DNA of 53,371 bases from an uncultured Caulobacteraceae bacterium (GCA_964642205.1 CAZXNY010000001.1:1-53371); one strand, 5' to 3'. Shown: positions 33,825 to 43,551, counted from the stretch's first letter. The notes: generated by a model not told the origin, from the sequence alone. Made by a program: numbers and translations.

Positions 33825-36149
33825 TCAGCGCGTCAGTGTATCGTTCGCCGGTTCGCGCTTGGCCGCACGCACCAGCTTATGCATGGACAGAAGCGCCTGC
33901 TGAAACGCAAGCACGGATTCAGCGCCGCGGTTCAAGTTCGGCCCGCCCCGGCCGAGCCCATCGTAGCAATCGCCGGTCTTCGGATCGGCGAGCGGCCGTG
34001 CGAGATCGTTTTCGCCCAAGAACCAATCGAACGCGCGATGCGCTTCGCCAATCCAGCGCGCATCGCCATCGAGCGCGTACGCTGCCGCGCACGCTTCGAC
34101 CGCCGCGAGCGCTTCGAGCGGCTGCTGGTCGAAAGGCGAAGGCTCCGCGTAGGGCTTGCCGAAACTCTCCGAACCCACGGCGCGGAAGACCCCGCCAGCG
34201 CCGGTGTGCTTGGCGCAGAGCCAAGCGAGCGCCGCACGGCCCGCTTCGGCGTACCGGTCTTCCTTGAGGACAAGCGCGGCGCGGAGCAAGGCTTCCGGCA
34301 GGCGCGCATTGTCGTAACCCAACGTCGGCTCGAACCACGTCCAACCCGCGCGTTGCTCCAACGCAAACTGGGTGGCGAGATACGCAGCGCTCGCGGCGAG
34401 CGTCTCGCGCGCAAATCCATGATCCGGGCGCTTCTCCAGAAACGCCGCGCAAGCGAGCGCGACGAACGCGCGCGTGCGCAGTGGCGTGAGCTTGGCGGCA
34501 TGTGGCAGCGCGCGCTCAAACAACGCTGCCGCCCACTGCGCGTAGTCCTCACCAAGCGCGCCTTGCGCCGCGACGGCAAGCGAGAGCAGCGCGCGGCCGA
34601 AACTGTCGCACGAACCGCGCTCTTCCAGCCAGCGCCGATCGAAGCTCATGAAGTTGCGAAAACAGCCATGATCCTCGTTCCACGCATGTTGAATGAACGC
34701 GGCGTAAGCGCCGGCGCGCTCACTTGCGCGATCCGCCTCTGCGCCGGCCGCACACGCTTCAGCCATCAGCATCAGCGCGCGAGCGTTATCGTCGGTGCAA
34801 TAGCCGTGGCGGCGGTCTGGCACGCAGAAGACGCCATGCTGTAAAATGCCAGTGGAATCGCTCATGCGAAACACAGCGTCCAAGCGCGGGCGCGGCAACA
34901 CGCGCGGCGCTGGCGCCGGCATGCGGCGATCTTCGGCGCGCGCGAGCGAAAAATACTGAAGATACGAATCCGCCGAGCGCGACCATGTCGTTGCGCGGCC
35001 AGCGGCGTAGGCGTTTGCACGGATTTCGTCACGGCGGCGATCGTCCGTCAACAACGCGACGATTTCCCTCGCGAGCGCTTCGCTATCTCCGAATGGAGTC
35101 AGCACGCCGCGATCATCTGCGAGCAGTTCAGCCGCATGCCAGTAAGGCGTGGAGACCACAGGCTTGCCGAGCGCGACCGCGTAAGCCAGCGTCCCGGACG
35201 TCGCCTGCGCCTCATTGAGATAGGGCGTGACGTAGACATCGCACGCCGAGAGATAGCCGAGCAGCATGTCGGTATCGACGTAGGCGTTGAGGAAAAGCAC
35301 GTTGTCGGCGACGCCCAACTCCTCCGCGAGCTTGGCCAGCCCCTCCCGGTACGCCTCGCCGTTTTCGGCAACGATGTTTGGGTGCGTGGCGCCCAGGATC
35401 ACGTAAAGCGCGTTCGGGCGCGCGGCGACAACGCGCGGCAAAGCGCGGATCATTACGTCGATCCCCTTGCCGGGCGACAGGAGGCCGAACGTCAACAGCA
35501 CGTCGCGCTGCGAGAGGCCGAGGGCGGCTTTGTGCGCTGTGCTTTCGGTGAACGGCCGGTCGGGCGCGCCGTGCGGCGCGACGGCGATCTTGCGTGAGGG
35601 CACGTCGTACACGTCCATCAGGATGCGCCGCCCGCGTTCGGACATCACAACCAGACGATGCGAGCGCGCGATCAGCCGCTGCATCACGCGGCGCTGGTCC
35701 GGGTTCGGAGCCGAGAGCACAGTATGGAGCGTGGTGACGACGGGCTTAGGGAGCTTTTCGAGGAAGATCAGCAGATGTGCGCCGGCCGGCCCGCCGAAGA
35801 TGCCGAACTCATGCTGGATCGAGACAACGTCAGCGCTTGAAGCGTTGATGCGCGCGGCGGCCTCGGCGTAGGCGGCCGGATCGTCCGCTGGGATCGCCAT
35901 TGCAACGTCGGGCGGATAGGCGTGGCCGCGGCCATCATCCATCGCGTAGATCGCCGCCTTCATGCGCGGCTCGGCCGTCTTCAGAGCAATGTAAAGATCG
36001 CTGGTGAAGGTCGCGATGCCACAGCGGCGCGGGGGGAAGTTCCCGAGGATCGCCAACGACATGACTTGCGGAACGACCTGCGGCGCGGCCAAGCGGAGGG
36101 GCGCGGGCGTGCGAGCCGGAGCCGCTTTGGCGTTTGCCAGGTCGAGCAT
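33825..36149 (-). CDS. GT4 (GT-B) glycosyltransferase fused to a C-terminal all-alpha, (alpha/alpha)6-barrel-like domain of about 350 aa
   Basis: LAILGNFPPRRCGIATFTSDL plus a later EAQATSGTLAYAVALGKPVVSTP region is typical of group-1 glycosyltransferases. The C-terminal half is helical-repeat-like (GYCTDDNARALMLM ... LGYDNARLPEALL ... NRGAESVLAFQQALL). Start chosen at the ATG at 36149 (GAAGGA SD). GTG 36194 and ATG 36062 are alternatives. Confidence 0.75.
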   Translation of the reverse strand: MLDLANAKAAPARTPAPLRLAAPQVVPQVMSLAILGNFPPRRCGIATFTSDLYIALKTAEPRMKAAIYAMDDGRGHAYPPDVAMAIPADDPAAYAEAAARINASSADVVSIQHEFGIFGGPAGAHLLIFLEKLPKPVVTTLHTVLSAPNPDQRRVMQRLIARSHRLVVMSERGRRILMDVYDVPSRKIAVAPHGAPDRPFTESTAHKAALGLSQRDVLLTFGLLSPGKGIDVMIRALPRVVAARPNALYVILGATHPNIVAENGEAYREGLAKLAEELGVADNVLFLNAYVDTDMLLGYLSACDVYVTPYLNEAQATSGTLAYAVALGKPVVSTPYWHAAELLADDRGVLTPFGDSEALAREIVALLTDDRRRDEIRANAYAAGRATTWSRSADSYLQYFSLARAEDRRMPAPAPRVLPRPRLDAVFRMSDSTGILQHGVFCVPDRRHGYCTDDNARALMLMAEACAAGAEADRASERAGAYAAFIQHAWNEDHGCFRNFMSFDRRWLEERGSCDSFGRALLSLAVAAQGALGEDYAQWAAALFERALPHAAKLTPLRTRAFVALACAAFLEKRPDHGFARETLAASAAYLATQFALEQRAGWTWFEPTLGYDNARLPEALLRAALVLKEDRYAEAGRAALAWLCAKHTGAGGVFRAVGSESFGKPYAEPSPFDQQPLEALAAVEACAAAYALDGDARWIGEAHRAFDWFLGENDLARPLADPKTGDCYDGLGRGGPNLNRGAESVLAFQQALLSMHKLVRAAKREPANDTLTR

Positions 36150-36235
36150 GGGCGATCCTTCGTGCTGCGGGGCTATCCACCTTTCCCAACGCACGACGGC
36201 GCTCTTCGGCGCCGCACAAAAATACCGGGAACACG

Positions 36236-36261
36236 AAAAAGGGCGCGCCGCGGCGCGCCCT
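36236..36261 (-). terminator. Rho-independent terminator of the upstream receptor gene
   Basis: 22-nt perfect palindrome AGGGCGCGCCGCGGCGCGCCCT (36240..36261), followed on the minus strand by TTTTT (36236..36240). It lies 24 nt after the stop at 36285. Confidence 0.75.
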
Positions 36262-36284
36262 CCTCCGTTTGCAACCTTACGTGC

Positions 36285-38525
36285 TTAGCGCCGGTAGGCG
36301 ACCCGCACGCCGAACGTGCGCGGCAGACCAGGCGCCGCGATGGGCGTCACGTCAGCAGCGGCGAAGAAGTTCCGCGTCTCGTGATATTCCTCGTCGAGGA
36401 GGTTGCGGCCCCACAGGCCGAACTCCCACGGGCCGTCCGTCGGTCGGACCGAGACGTTGGCGTTGACGAGCCAATAGTCCGGCACGCCGTACCCCTCGCC
36501 GAACGTCGGCTTCAGGAGCGGCGGATCAGTCTCGCCGCGATAGGCGTAATCGACCGAGCCGGACCATTCCCAATTGGCGCCGACCGCCCGTTGGTAAGCG
36601 AGCGAGCCATTGTAAGTGAGCTCCGGCGGGCCCAGACGCTCGCCGTTGGCGTTGCGGCCGACGGGCGTGCCCGAGGCGTTGCTCGCGGCGATGTCGAGGA
36701 TGAGGAAGTCCTCATCGAATTCGCCGTTCTGATAGCCGATCGCCTGCGTGATCGTCAGCGCATCGATCGGGCGCCACACGAGTTCGAGTTCGGCGCCATA
36801 GATGCGGCTCGAAGGCGCGTTGGTGATGCGGCCAACGGCGGCGTTGTTGGCCGCGATGAAGAGCGCGTTCTGCACCTGCTGGTCGGTGTAGTCGTAGTAG
36901 AAGAGCGCGCCGTTAAGCCGCAGCGTGCGATCGATCAGCTCGCTCTTGAACCCGACTTCGTACGCGACGAGCACTTCAGGATCGAACGCGTCGACCGCAT
37001 CAGGGCTGAATGAATTGTACGCGGTGAAGCCGCCCGATTTCACGCCGCGGCTGATCGAGGCGTAGTACAGCAGATCGTCCGTCGGCGTCCATTCCAGCGC
37101 GACGCGGCCGGAGACCTCCTGCATCTCCGTGGTGTTGTTTTGCAGCGGAATGACCGCACCGCCGGCAAAGTTCGTCGTGAAATCGACGAGGCGGCGCTCT
37201 TCATCCTCGTAGCGGATGCCGGCGACGAGGTTGAGCGTCGGCGCGACCTGGTACTCGATCTGTGCGAACACCGCAGCGGTATCGACCTCCTGCGAATACG
37301 GCGTCGAGAGCGACGCGATCGGGCCGAAGCTGTCGCCGAAATCCGACTCGTAATTGTCGGTCAGTTCCTCGTCGCCGAAATAGACGCCGACGATCCAATC
37401 GAACGCGTTATCGCCGTTCGAAGCGAGGCGGATTTCATTCTGGAAGACGCTGGCTTCGCTCGTGAACAGCGTGCCGGCCACCGCGAGCGGCAGCGCGTCC
37501 CAATCGTTGAGCTCGCGGCGATCAAGGTGCTCGTGGCTGAGGATGTAGGTGAGCGTCGCGCCGCCGAAATCGTAGCGCGTCGTCAGGCTCGCGCCGGCGC
37601 CTTCATTGTCGCGGAAAGGCGCGGTGTTTTGCGCCAGGCCCGTCTGCGCCGCGAACGCGGGCGAAAACCCCCAGCTTGTCTGATCATGCTCATGCGCGAG
37701 CGTGGCCGGGATCACCGGCAGGCCCGGGCCGCCGGGCGCAGGCGTCGCCGGCAGGTTCTTGAAGAGGATGAGCCCCAAGCCGTCTGATTGATCGCGGAAA
37801 CCGTGCAGGTTCAGGAGGAACTCGAGATTGTCCGTCGCGGGCAGCAGGAACTGGCCGCGCAGCGCGATGCGATCAGCGTCGCCAAGCTCGGCGCCGGTTT
37901 CGCGGTTGGTTTGCCAGGCGCCGCCTTGCGCGAACGCGCCGGAGATGCGCGCCGCAGCGCCGCCGCCGAGCGCCCAGTTCACATAGCCTTCGCCGCGCAC
38001 CGCATCGTAATTGCCGTACTCGGCGTTGAAGCCGGCCGCGAATTCATCGCGTGGCCGTGCGCTGATCACGTTGATCGCGCCGCCCGTCGTGTTGCGCCCA
38101 TAGAGCGTGCCTTGCGGGCCGCGTAGAACTTCGACGCGCTCGACATCGAACAGAACGCCCTGCGTCATGATCGGCAGCGTGTAAGCGACTTCATCGACAT
38201 AGACGCCGACCGTCGGCGCATTGTTCGAGGCGTAGTCCCGAAACCCGACGCCGCGCAGCGAATAAGACGGCTGGCCGCCGCCGAACTGGCTTTCGACTTC
38301 AAGGCTCGGCGCAAGGTTCTCAAGCCCGTTGACGGTCGTCACGCCCTGCTCGAGCAATTGCTGGCCGGAGAGCACGGACACAGCGAGACCAACGTCCTGC
38401 ACGTTCTGCTCGCGCCGCTGCGCGGTGACGATGATCTCCGTCCCGTCCGCATCCTGCGCGTAGGCAAAGCCGCCGCTGGTGCACGCAATCGCCGCAACCG
38501 CGACGGACAACAAAAGCCGCTTCAT
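36285..38525 (-). CDS. TonB-dependent receptor
   Basis: 746 aa. Signal peptide MKRLLLSVAVAAIACTSGGFAYAQ, plug motifs (IIVTAQRREQNVQDVGLAVSVLSG, VEVLRGPQGTLYGRNTTGGAINV) and a long beta-barrel. GAGGGG SD is upstream. Confidence 0.9.
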   Translation of the reverse strand: MKRLLLSVAVAAIACTSGGFAYAQDADGTEIIVTAQRREQNVQDVGLAVSVLSGQQLLEQGVTTVNGLENLAPSLEVESQFGGGQPSYSLRGVGFRDYASNNAPTVGVYVDEVAYTLPIMTQGVLFDVERVEVLRGPQGTLYGRNTTGGAINVISARPRDEFAAGFNAEYGNYDAVRGEGYVNWALGGGAAARISGAFAQGGAWQTNRETGAELGDADRIALRGQFLLPATDNLEFLLNLHGFRDQSDGLGLILFKNLPATPAPGGPGLPVIPATLAHEHDQTSWGFSPAFAAQTGLAQNTAPFRDNEGAGASLTTRYDFGGATLTYILSHEHLDRRELNDWDALPLAVAGTLFTSEASVFQNEIRLASNGDNAFDWIVGVYFGDEELTDNYESDFGDSFGPIASLSTPYSQEVDTAAVFAQIEYQVAPTLNLVAGIRYEDEERRLVDFTTNFAGGAVIPLQNNTTEMQEVSGRVALEWTPTDDLLYYASISRGVKSGGFTAYNSFSPDAVDAFDPEVLVAYEVGFKSELIDRTLRLNGALFYYDYTDQQVQNALFIAANNAAVGRITNAPSSRIYGAELELVWRPIDALTITQAIGYQNGEFDEDFLILDIAASNASGTPVGRNANGERLGPPELTYNGSLAYQRAVGANWEWSGSVDYAYRGETDPPLLKPTFGEGYGVPDYWLVNANVSVRPTDGPWEFGLWGRNLLDEEYHETRNFFAAADVTPIAAPGLPRTFGVRVAYRR

Positions 38526-38571
38526 CCTAAGCCCCTCGCATTCTGCGCTGGCCGCATATTGGCCGGGTTCG

Positions 38572-39894
38572 CTACGCCACGTCTCTTAAGACGTTCTCAA
38601 TGGTGGAAAAGGTTTCATCGAGTTCATCGGCCGTCCCGTTCAGGAACGGTGCAAATTGCAACACGTCGCCGCCGTTGCGAACCATTAGCCCTGCTTCGAA
38701 CGCGCGCACATGCGTTTCAAAACCACGCGCGCCAGGCGAACCGGCGCGCGGCGCCAGTTCAATCGCGCCCATGAGCCCGAAATTGCGGATGTCGATCACG
38801 TTCGGCGCGTTCCGTAGCTGGTGGATCCGTTCCTCAAAGGCAGGCTCTAACGCGCGTGCGCCGTCGAACGAATTCTCCTCTGAGTAGATTTCGAGCGTCG
38901 CGATCGCCGCGGCCACGGCGGCCGGATGGCCCGAATAAGTGTAGCCGTGGAAAAACTCGATCGCGTGTGGCGGGCCCTGCATGAAGGCATCGTAGATTTC
39001 TTGGCGCGCGATCACCGCGCCCATCGGGATGACGCCGTTGGTGAGGCCCTTCGCCGTGCAGATGAGATCGGGCGTCACACCGAAACGCTGCGCAGCAAAT
39101 GGCGCGCCCACGCGCCCGAAGCCCGTGATTACCTCGTCGAAGATCAGCAGAACGTCGTGCGCATCGCAGAGCGCGCGCAGCCGTTCAAGGTAGCCTTTCG
39201 GCGGCGGGATGACGCCCGTCGATCCCGCGACGGGCTCGACGATCACGGCCGCGATGCTATCTGCGCCATGCACACGCACGTGATGCTCAAGTGCGTCCGC
39301 GAGTTCCGCGCCATGCTCTGGCAGACCGCGCGAGAACGCGTTGCGCTTGAGATCGAGCGTGGCGGGCAGGTGTGACACGTTCGGCAGCAACCCGCCGGCA
39401 TAGACGCCGCGGTTTGCCAAGATGCCGCCAACGGAAATGCCGCCGAAGTTCACGCCGTGATAACCGCGCTCACGCCCGATCAGCCGCTTCTTCTGCGGCT
39501 TGCCGCGCGCGTGCTGATAGGCGAGCGCGATCTTGAGCGCGGTCTCGACCGCCTCCGAACCTGAGTTGGTGAAAAACGCGCGCGTCATGCTGTTCGGCGC
39601 GAGCGCCGTCAGGCGCGTCGCAAGATCGAAGGCGCCGGGGTGGCCGATCTGAAACGCCGGCGCATAATCCAGTGTCTCAAGCTGGCGGCGCACCGCTTCG
39701 ATGATTTCTGGCCGGCCGTGCCCGACGCCCGTGGTCCAAAGGCCGGAGAAAGCATCCAGCACGCGCGCGCCATCTGGCGTCCGGTACTCGTGGCCGGAGG
39801 CGGACGCGACCAGGCGCGGCGCATCCTTGAAAGCGCGGTTGGCGGTGAAGGGCATCCAATAGGCGTCAAAGCCCAGCGTGTTGCGGCGATCCAT
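38572..39894 (-). CDS. class III (omega) aminotransferase, beta-alanine:pyruvate transaminase-like
   Basis: 440 aa. YWMPFTANRAFKDAPRLVASASGHEY...FSGLWTTGVGHGRPEI and FDEVITGFGRVG match remembered omega-transaminases. Confidence 0.85.
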   Translation of the reverse strand: MDRRNTLGFDAYWMPFTANRAFKDAPRLVASASGHEYRTPDGARVLDAFSGLWTTGVGHGRPEIIEAVRRQLETLDYAPAFQIGHPGAFDLATRLTALAPNSMTRAFFTNSGSEAVETALKIALAYQHARGKPQKKRLIGRERGYHGVNFGGISVGGILANRGVYAGGLLPNVSHLPATLDLKRNAFSRGLPEHGAELADALEHHVRVHGADSIAAVIVEPVAGSTGVIPPPKGYLERLRALCDAHDVLLIFDEVITGFGRVGAPFAAQRFGVTPDLICTAKGLTNGVIPMGAVIARQEIYDAFMQGPPHAIEFFHGYTYSGHPAAVAAAIATLEIYSEENSFDGARALEPAFEERIHQLRNAPNVIDIRNFGLMGAIELAPRAGSPGARGFETHVRAFEAGLMVRNGGDVLQFAPFLNGTADELDETFSTIENVLRDVA

Positions 39895-40038
39895 GTGGCC
39901 AGTTCCTCTGCCCGCACTCTCGCGCCGCTGTGGCTGTCGCGCAAGGAAGGTTCAGGCCGCGCGTGCGTCAGCGGGGCTAAAAGGCTGTTACGTCAGCACG
40001 CGGTCGCGCCGCGCGCGGCTGGATGGTAGCGTCGCGCG

Positions 40039-41367
40039 ATGAGCACCGACTTTCTCGGCAACACGATCAGCGCGGGCGATCCGGCGGCGATCGACGATTT
40101 CGTCGATGGCTTCCTAAGCTACGAAGCGCGCGCGGCGAACATTTTGCGCGCCGCCGAAGTCTCTCCCGAGAGCCCGCTCATCAATGCTTACGCCGCGGCC
40201 CTGTGGATGTTCCTCGAAGCGCCGGGCGCCGCCACAAAGGCCGCGCCCTACCTCGCGCGCGCGGAACGCGCGGTAGGGGCAACGGAGCGGGAGCGCATGA
40301 CAACTGCGCTCGTGCGCGCCTGGAGTGAAGACGACATCCCGCGTGCGCTCGCCATCGGCGCAGAACTCAACGCCACACATCCGCGCGATCTGACGGCGCT
40401 CAAGCTCCGGCACTACCTTCAGTTCAACCATGGCGACTTTCCCGGCATGCTCAACGCCGCAAGCGGCGTATTCGACGCAAACCGCGACGTCGCTCAAATG
40501 CACGGCATGATCGCCTTCGCCTATGAGCAATGCCATCTGCTCGACGAGGCCGAGGCGGCGTCGCGCGAGGCGCTGCGGTTGAAGGCGAGAGAGCCTTGGG
40601 CGCAGCACGCTCTGGCGCATGTGATGCTCACCCAAGGGCGCATCGGCGAAGGGGCGGCGTTTCTCAAAGACGCGGCGCCGACGTGGACTGGCCTCAACTC
40701 GTTCATGTTGACCCATCAGTTCTGGCACCTGGCTCTGTTCTATCTGAGCCAAGGCAAGTTCGATGAAGCGCTCCGCCTTTACGATCAAAACGTTTGGGGC
40801 GTCGATAAAGGCTACACCCAAGATCAAGTCGGCGCTGTGTCGTTGCTTGCGCGGTTGGAGATCGCGGGCGTCGATGTTGGGCCGCGTTGGGCGGAGCTCG
40901 CCGAGCACCTGGCGCCGCGCGCCGGCGACGTCGTGCTGCCTTTCCTCACGCTGCAATACATCTATGGCCTCGCCCGCGCTGAGCGGCCCGAAGCGGACGC
41001 ATTGCTCGCCGCTATTCGCGCGAAGGCCGGAGCGGACAAGGTTTGGCGCGAGGTTGCGTTGCCCGCCGCCGAGGGGCTCGTCGCGCACGCACGTGGCGAC
41101 TACGACACCGCGGTCGAGCAACTTGGCGCAGCGCTGCCCCGACTTGCCATCACCGGCGGCAGTCACGCGCAGCGCGATCTGTTCGAGCAAATTTGGCTCG
41201 ATGCGCTGATCCACGCCGGACGCTACGTGGCGGCGCAGCAGGCGCTGGAGCTGCGGCGCAAGATGGATCCGGACGGCGCCGTCGTGAACGCGGCGCTCGC
41301 GCGCGTGTACCGCAAGCTCGGTCTTCCGGCGCAAGCAGCGCAGGCTTCGGCCCGCATTCCGGTCTAG
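40039..41367 (+). CDS. TPR-repeat protein, TTC38-like family
   Basis: 442 aa, all-helical, with no signal peptide. The pattern ...AYEQCHLLDEAEAASREALRLKAREPWAQHALAHVMLTQGR...THQFWHLALFYLSQGKFDEALRLYD resembles the bacterial TTC38 family as I recall it. Confidence 0.6.
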   Translation: MSTDFLGNTISAGDPAAIDDFVDGFLSYEARAANILRAAEVSPESPLINAYAAALWMFLEAPGAATKAAPYLARAERAVGATERERMTTALVRAWSEDDIPRALAIGAELNATHPRDLTALKLRHYLQFNHGDFPGMLNAASGVFDANRDVAQMHGMIAFAYEQCHLLDEAEAASREALRLKAREPWAQHALAHVMLTQGRIGEGAAFLKDAAPTWTGLNSFMLTHQFWHLALFYLSQGKFDEALRLYDQNVWGVDKGYTQDQVGAVSLLARLEIAGVDVGPRWAELAEHLAPRAGDVVLPFLTLQYIYGLARAERPEADALLAAIRAKAGADKVWREVALPAAEGLVAHARGDYDTAVEQLGAALPRLAITGGSHAQRDLFEQIWLDALIHAGRYVAAQQALELRRKMDPDGAVVNAALARVYRKLGLPAQAAQASARIPV

Positions 41368-42110
41368 ATCGTCCGCCCGCCATCGACTTCGAGCGCGACA
41401 CCCGTAATCATGCTCGCTTCGTCCGAGCACAAGAAGCACGCGGCGCTCGCAATGTCTTGCGGCGTGGAGAAGCGGCCGAGCGGGATCGACGCCAGGAATT
41501 TCGCGCGTACTTCCGGCGTATCGCCGCCCATGAACGTCGCAAGGAGCGGCGTCTCGCCGGCGACAGGATTGAGCGCATTCACACGCACGCCGAACGGCGC
41601 AAGCTCCACCGCCATCGCACGCGTGGCCGTGATCATCCAGCCCTTGCTGGCGTTGTACCACGTCAAGTTCGGCCGCGGACTGACGCCACCGGTCGACGCG
41701 ACGTTGAGGATCGCGCCCGCGCGCGCGGCCTTCATCGCCGGCGCGAACGCACGCGCGGTGAGGTAGACGGACTTGGCGTTGACGGCGATCAGGCGATCGA
41801 ACGTCGCTTCATCGACTTCGTCGAGCGGCGTTGGACGATGGCCGATGCCAGCGTTGTTGACGACGATATCTACGCCGCCAAATGCGCGCTCCGCTGCGCC
41901 TTTCAACGCCGCGACGCTTTCGGCGCGCGACACGTCGCACGCGCACGCTTCCGCGCCCGTTTGCGCGGCCAGCGCGCGCGCGGCGTCCTCGTTCACATCC
42001 GCGATCAAAACGCGCGCGCCTTCTTCGGCGAAGCGGCGCACGATCCCCTCGCCAAAACCCGATGCGCCGCCCGTTACGATCGCGCGTTTGCCCGCCAGCC
42101 GGTCACCCAT
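41364..42110 (-). CDS. short-chain dehydrogenase/reductase (SDR)
   Basis: Trimmed to the ATG at 42110 (MGDRLAGKRAIVTGGASGFGEGI, TGxxxGxG), giving 248 aa. NNAG and YNASK catalytic motifs are present. It overlaps the upstream ALDH stop by 8 nt. Confidence 0.88.
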   Translation of the reverse strand: MGDRLAGKRAIVTGGASGFGEGIVRRFAEEGARVLIADVNEDAARALAAQTGAEACACDVSRAESVAALKGAAERAFGGVDIVVNNAGIGHRPTPLDEVDEATFDRLIAVNAKSVYLTARAFAPAMKAARAGAILNVASTGGVSPRPNLTWYNASKGWMITATRAMAVELAPFGVRVNALNPVAGETPLLATFMGGDTPEVRAKFLASIPLGRFSTPQDIASAACFLCSDEASMITGVALEVDGGRTI

Positions 42111-43551
42111 GATGCGCCGCCACTGTTTTGAGCGCCGAGAAACCGTAGAGCGCCTCCATGCCCTTCTCCCGCCCGTGCCCTGACTTGCCGACGCCGCCGA
42201 ATGGCAACTCAACGCCGCCGCCCGCCCCGTAATTGTTGAGGAACACTTGTCCCGCGCGCAGCGCTTTCGCGAGCCGCATCTGGCGTGAGCCATCGCGCGT
42301 CCACACGCCTGCGACAAGGCCGTAGCCCGCGCCGTTCGCGATCGCGATCGCTTCGGCCTCATCGTCAAACGGAATGACGACCTGTACCGGGCCGAAGATT
42401 TCCTCGCGCGCGCTTTCATGATCGCGCGGCGCATTGGCGATCAGGGCGGGCGCGATGTAGTGCCCGCCCTTCGGCGCATCTTGCGCGATCGTGCCCTCCG
42501 CAACGATGGAGAGACCATCTTTGCGCGCGCGTGAGAGAAAGCCCTCAACGGCCGTCTTCTGCTTCGCCGAAATGAGCGGCCCGACGTCGCGGTCCGTGAG
42601 CGCGGGTCCGACGACAAGCGTGCGATAACGCGCGCTCATGCGTGCGATCACCTCGTCCAGAATTTTGCGCTCAACCAGAATGCGTGAGCCGGCGGAACAC
42701 GTCTGCCCCGCATTCTGAATGCCCGCGTTCACGAGCACCGGCGTCGCCGCGTCAAGATCCGCATCGGCGAAGACGAGCTGGGGCGACTTGCCGCCAAGTT
42801 CGAGCGTAACCGGCACAACGTGGCCCGCCGCGGCGGCCTGCACGAGGCGGCCGACTTCGAGCGAACCCGTGAACGAGAGATGATCGATGCCGGAATGCGC
42901 GGCAAGCGCTGCGCCCGCTTCCTCACCTAGCCCCGTGACAATGTTGAGCACGCCTGCTGGCAAACCCGCCTCTTGCGCGATGCGCGCGAAGGCGAGCGCT
43001 GTGAGCGACGCTTCCTCCGCCGGCTTCAACACGCACGCATTGCCCATCGCGAGCGCGGCGCCGACGGAGCGGCCGACGATCTGCATCGGGTAGTTCCATG
43101 GCACGATGTGCCCCGTCACGCCATGCGGTTCGCGGAGCGTGTAGACGGTGTAGCCGGCCTGATACGGGATCGTTTCGCCATGCACTTTATCGGCGGCGGC
43201 GCCGTAGAATTCCATGTAGCGCGCAAGCGCGGTCACGTCCGCGCGAGCTTGTTTGAGCGGCTTGCCCACATCGCGTGCTTCGAGCTCGGCGAGCATATCG
43301 GCGCGCTCAAGCACGACCTGCCCAATGCGTGTAAGCATGCGGCCGCGCTCCAGCGCCGTCGCCTTGCCCCACACGCCCGCGCGCGCCGCGTGCGCCGCTT
43401 CGACGGCGGCGTCGATCTCATTGGCGCCGCCGCGCGCCAGTTCGCCGAACGTCTCGCCCCGCGAGGGGTCTTCAATCGGCAGGCGCCCCTTCGGCGCGCG
43501 CCAAGCGCCGCCGATGAGAAGCTCAGCCGATGCAAATGGAATGTCGCTCAT
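42103..43551 (-). CDS. NAD(P)-dependent aldehyde dehydrogenase
   Basis: 482 aa. ELGGKSP and GQTCSAGSR (catalytic Cys) motifs, plus the EEIFGPV motif. The ATG overlaps the ABC ATPase stop (ATGA). Confidence 0.9.
   Translation of the reverse strand: MSDIPFASAELLIGGAWRAPKGRLPIEDPSRGETFGELARGGANEIDAAVEAAHAARAGVWGKATALERGRMLTRIGQVVLERADMLAELEARDVGKPLKQARADVTALARYMEFYGAAADKVHGETIPYQAGYTVYTLREPHGVTGHIVPWNYPMQIVGRSVGAALAMGNACVLKPAEEASLTALAFARIAQEAGLPAGVLNIVTGLGEEAGAALAAHSGIDHLSFTGSLEVGRLVQAAAAGHVVPVTLELGGKSPQLVFADADLDAATPVLVNAGIQNAGQTCSAGSRILVERKILDEVIARMSARYRTLVVGPALTDRDVGPLISAKQKTAVEGFLSRARKDGLSIVAEGTIAQDAPKGGHYIAPALIANAPRDHESAREEIFGPVQVVIPFDDEAEAIAIANGAGYGLVAGVWTRDGSRQMRLAKALRAGQVFLNNYGAGGGVELPFGGVGKSGHGREKGMEALYGFSALKTVAAHHG

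Noticed and set aside
36240-36261. 22-nt perfect palindrome, considered as a protein-binding operator for the GT4 operon.
   Set aside because: It is followed by a T5 run on the minus strand immediately after the receptor stop. A Rho-independent terminator explains it more simply.
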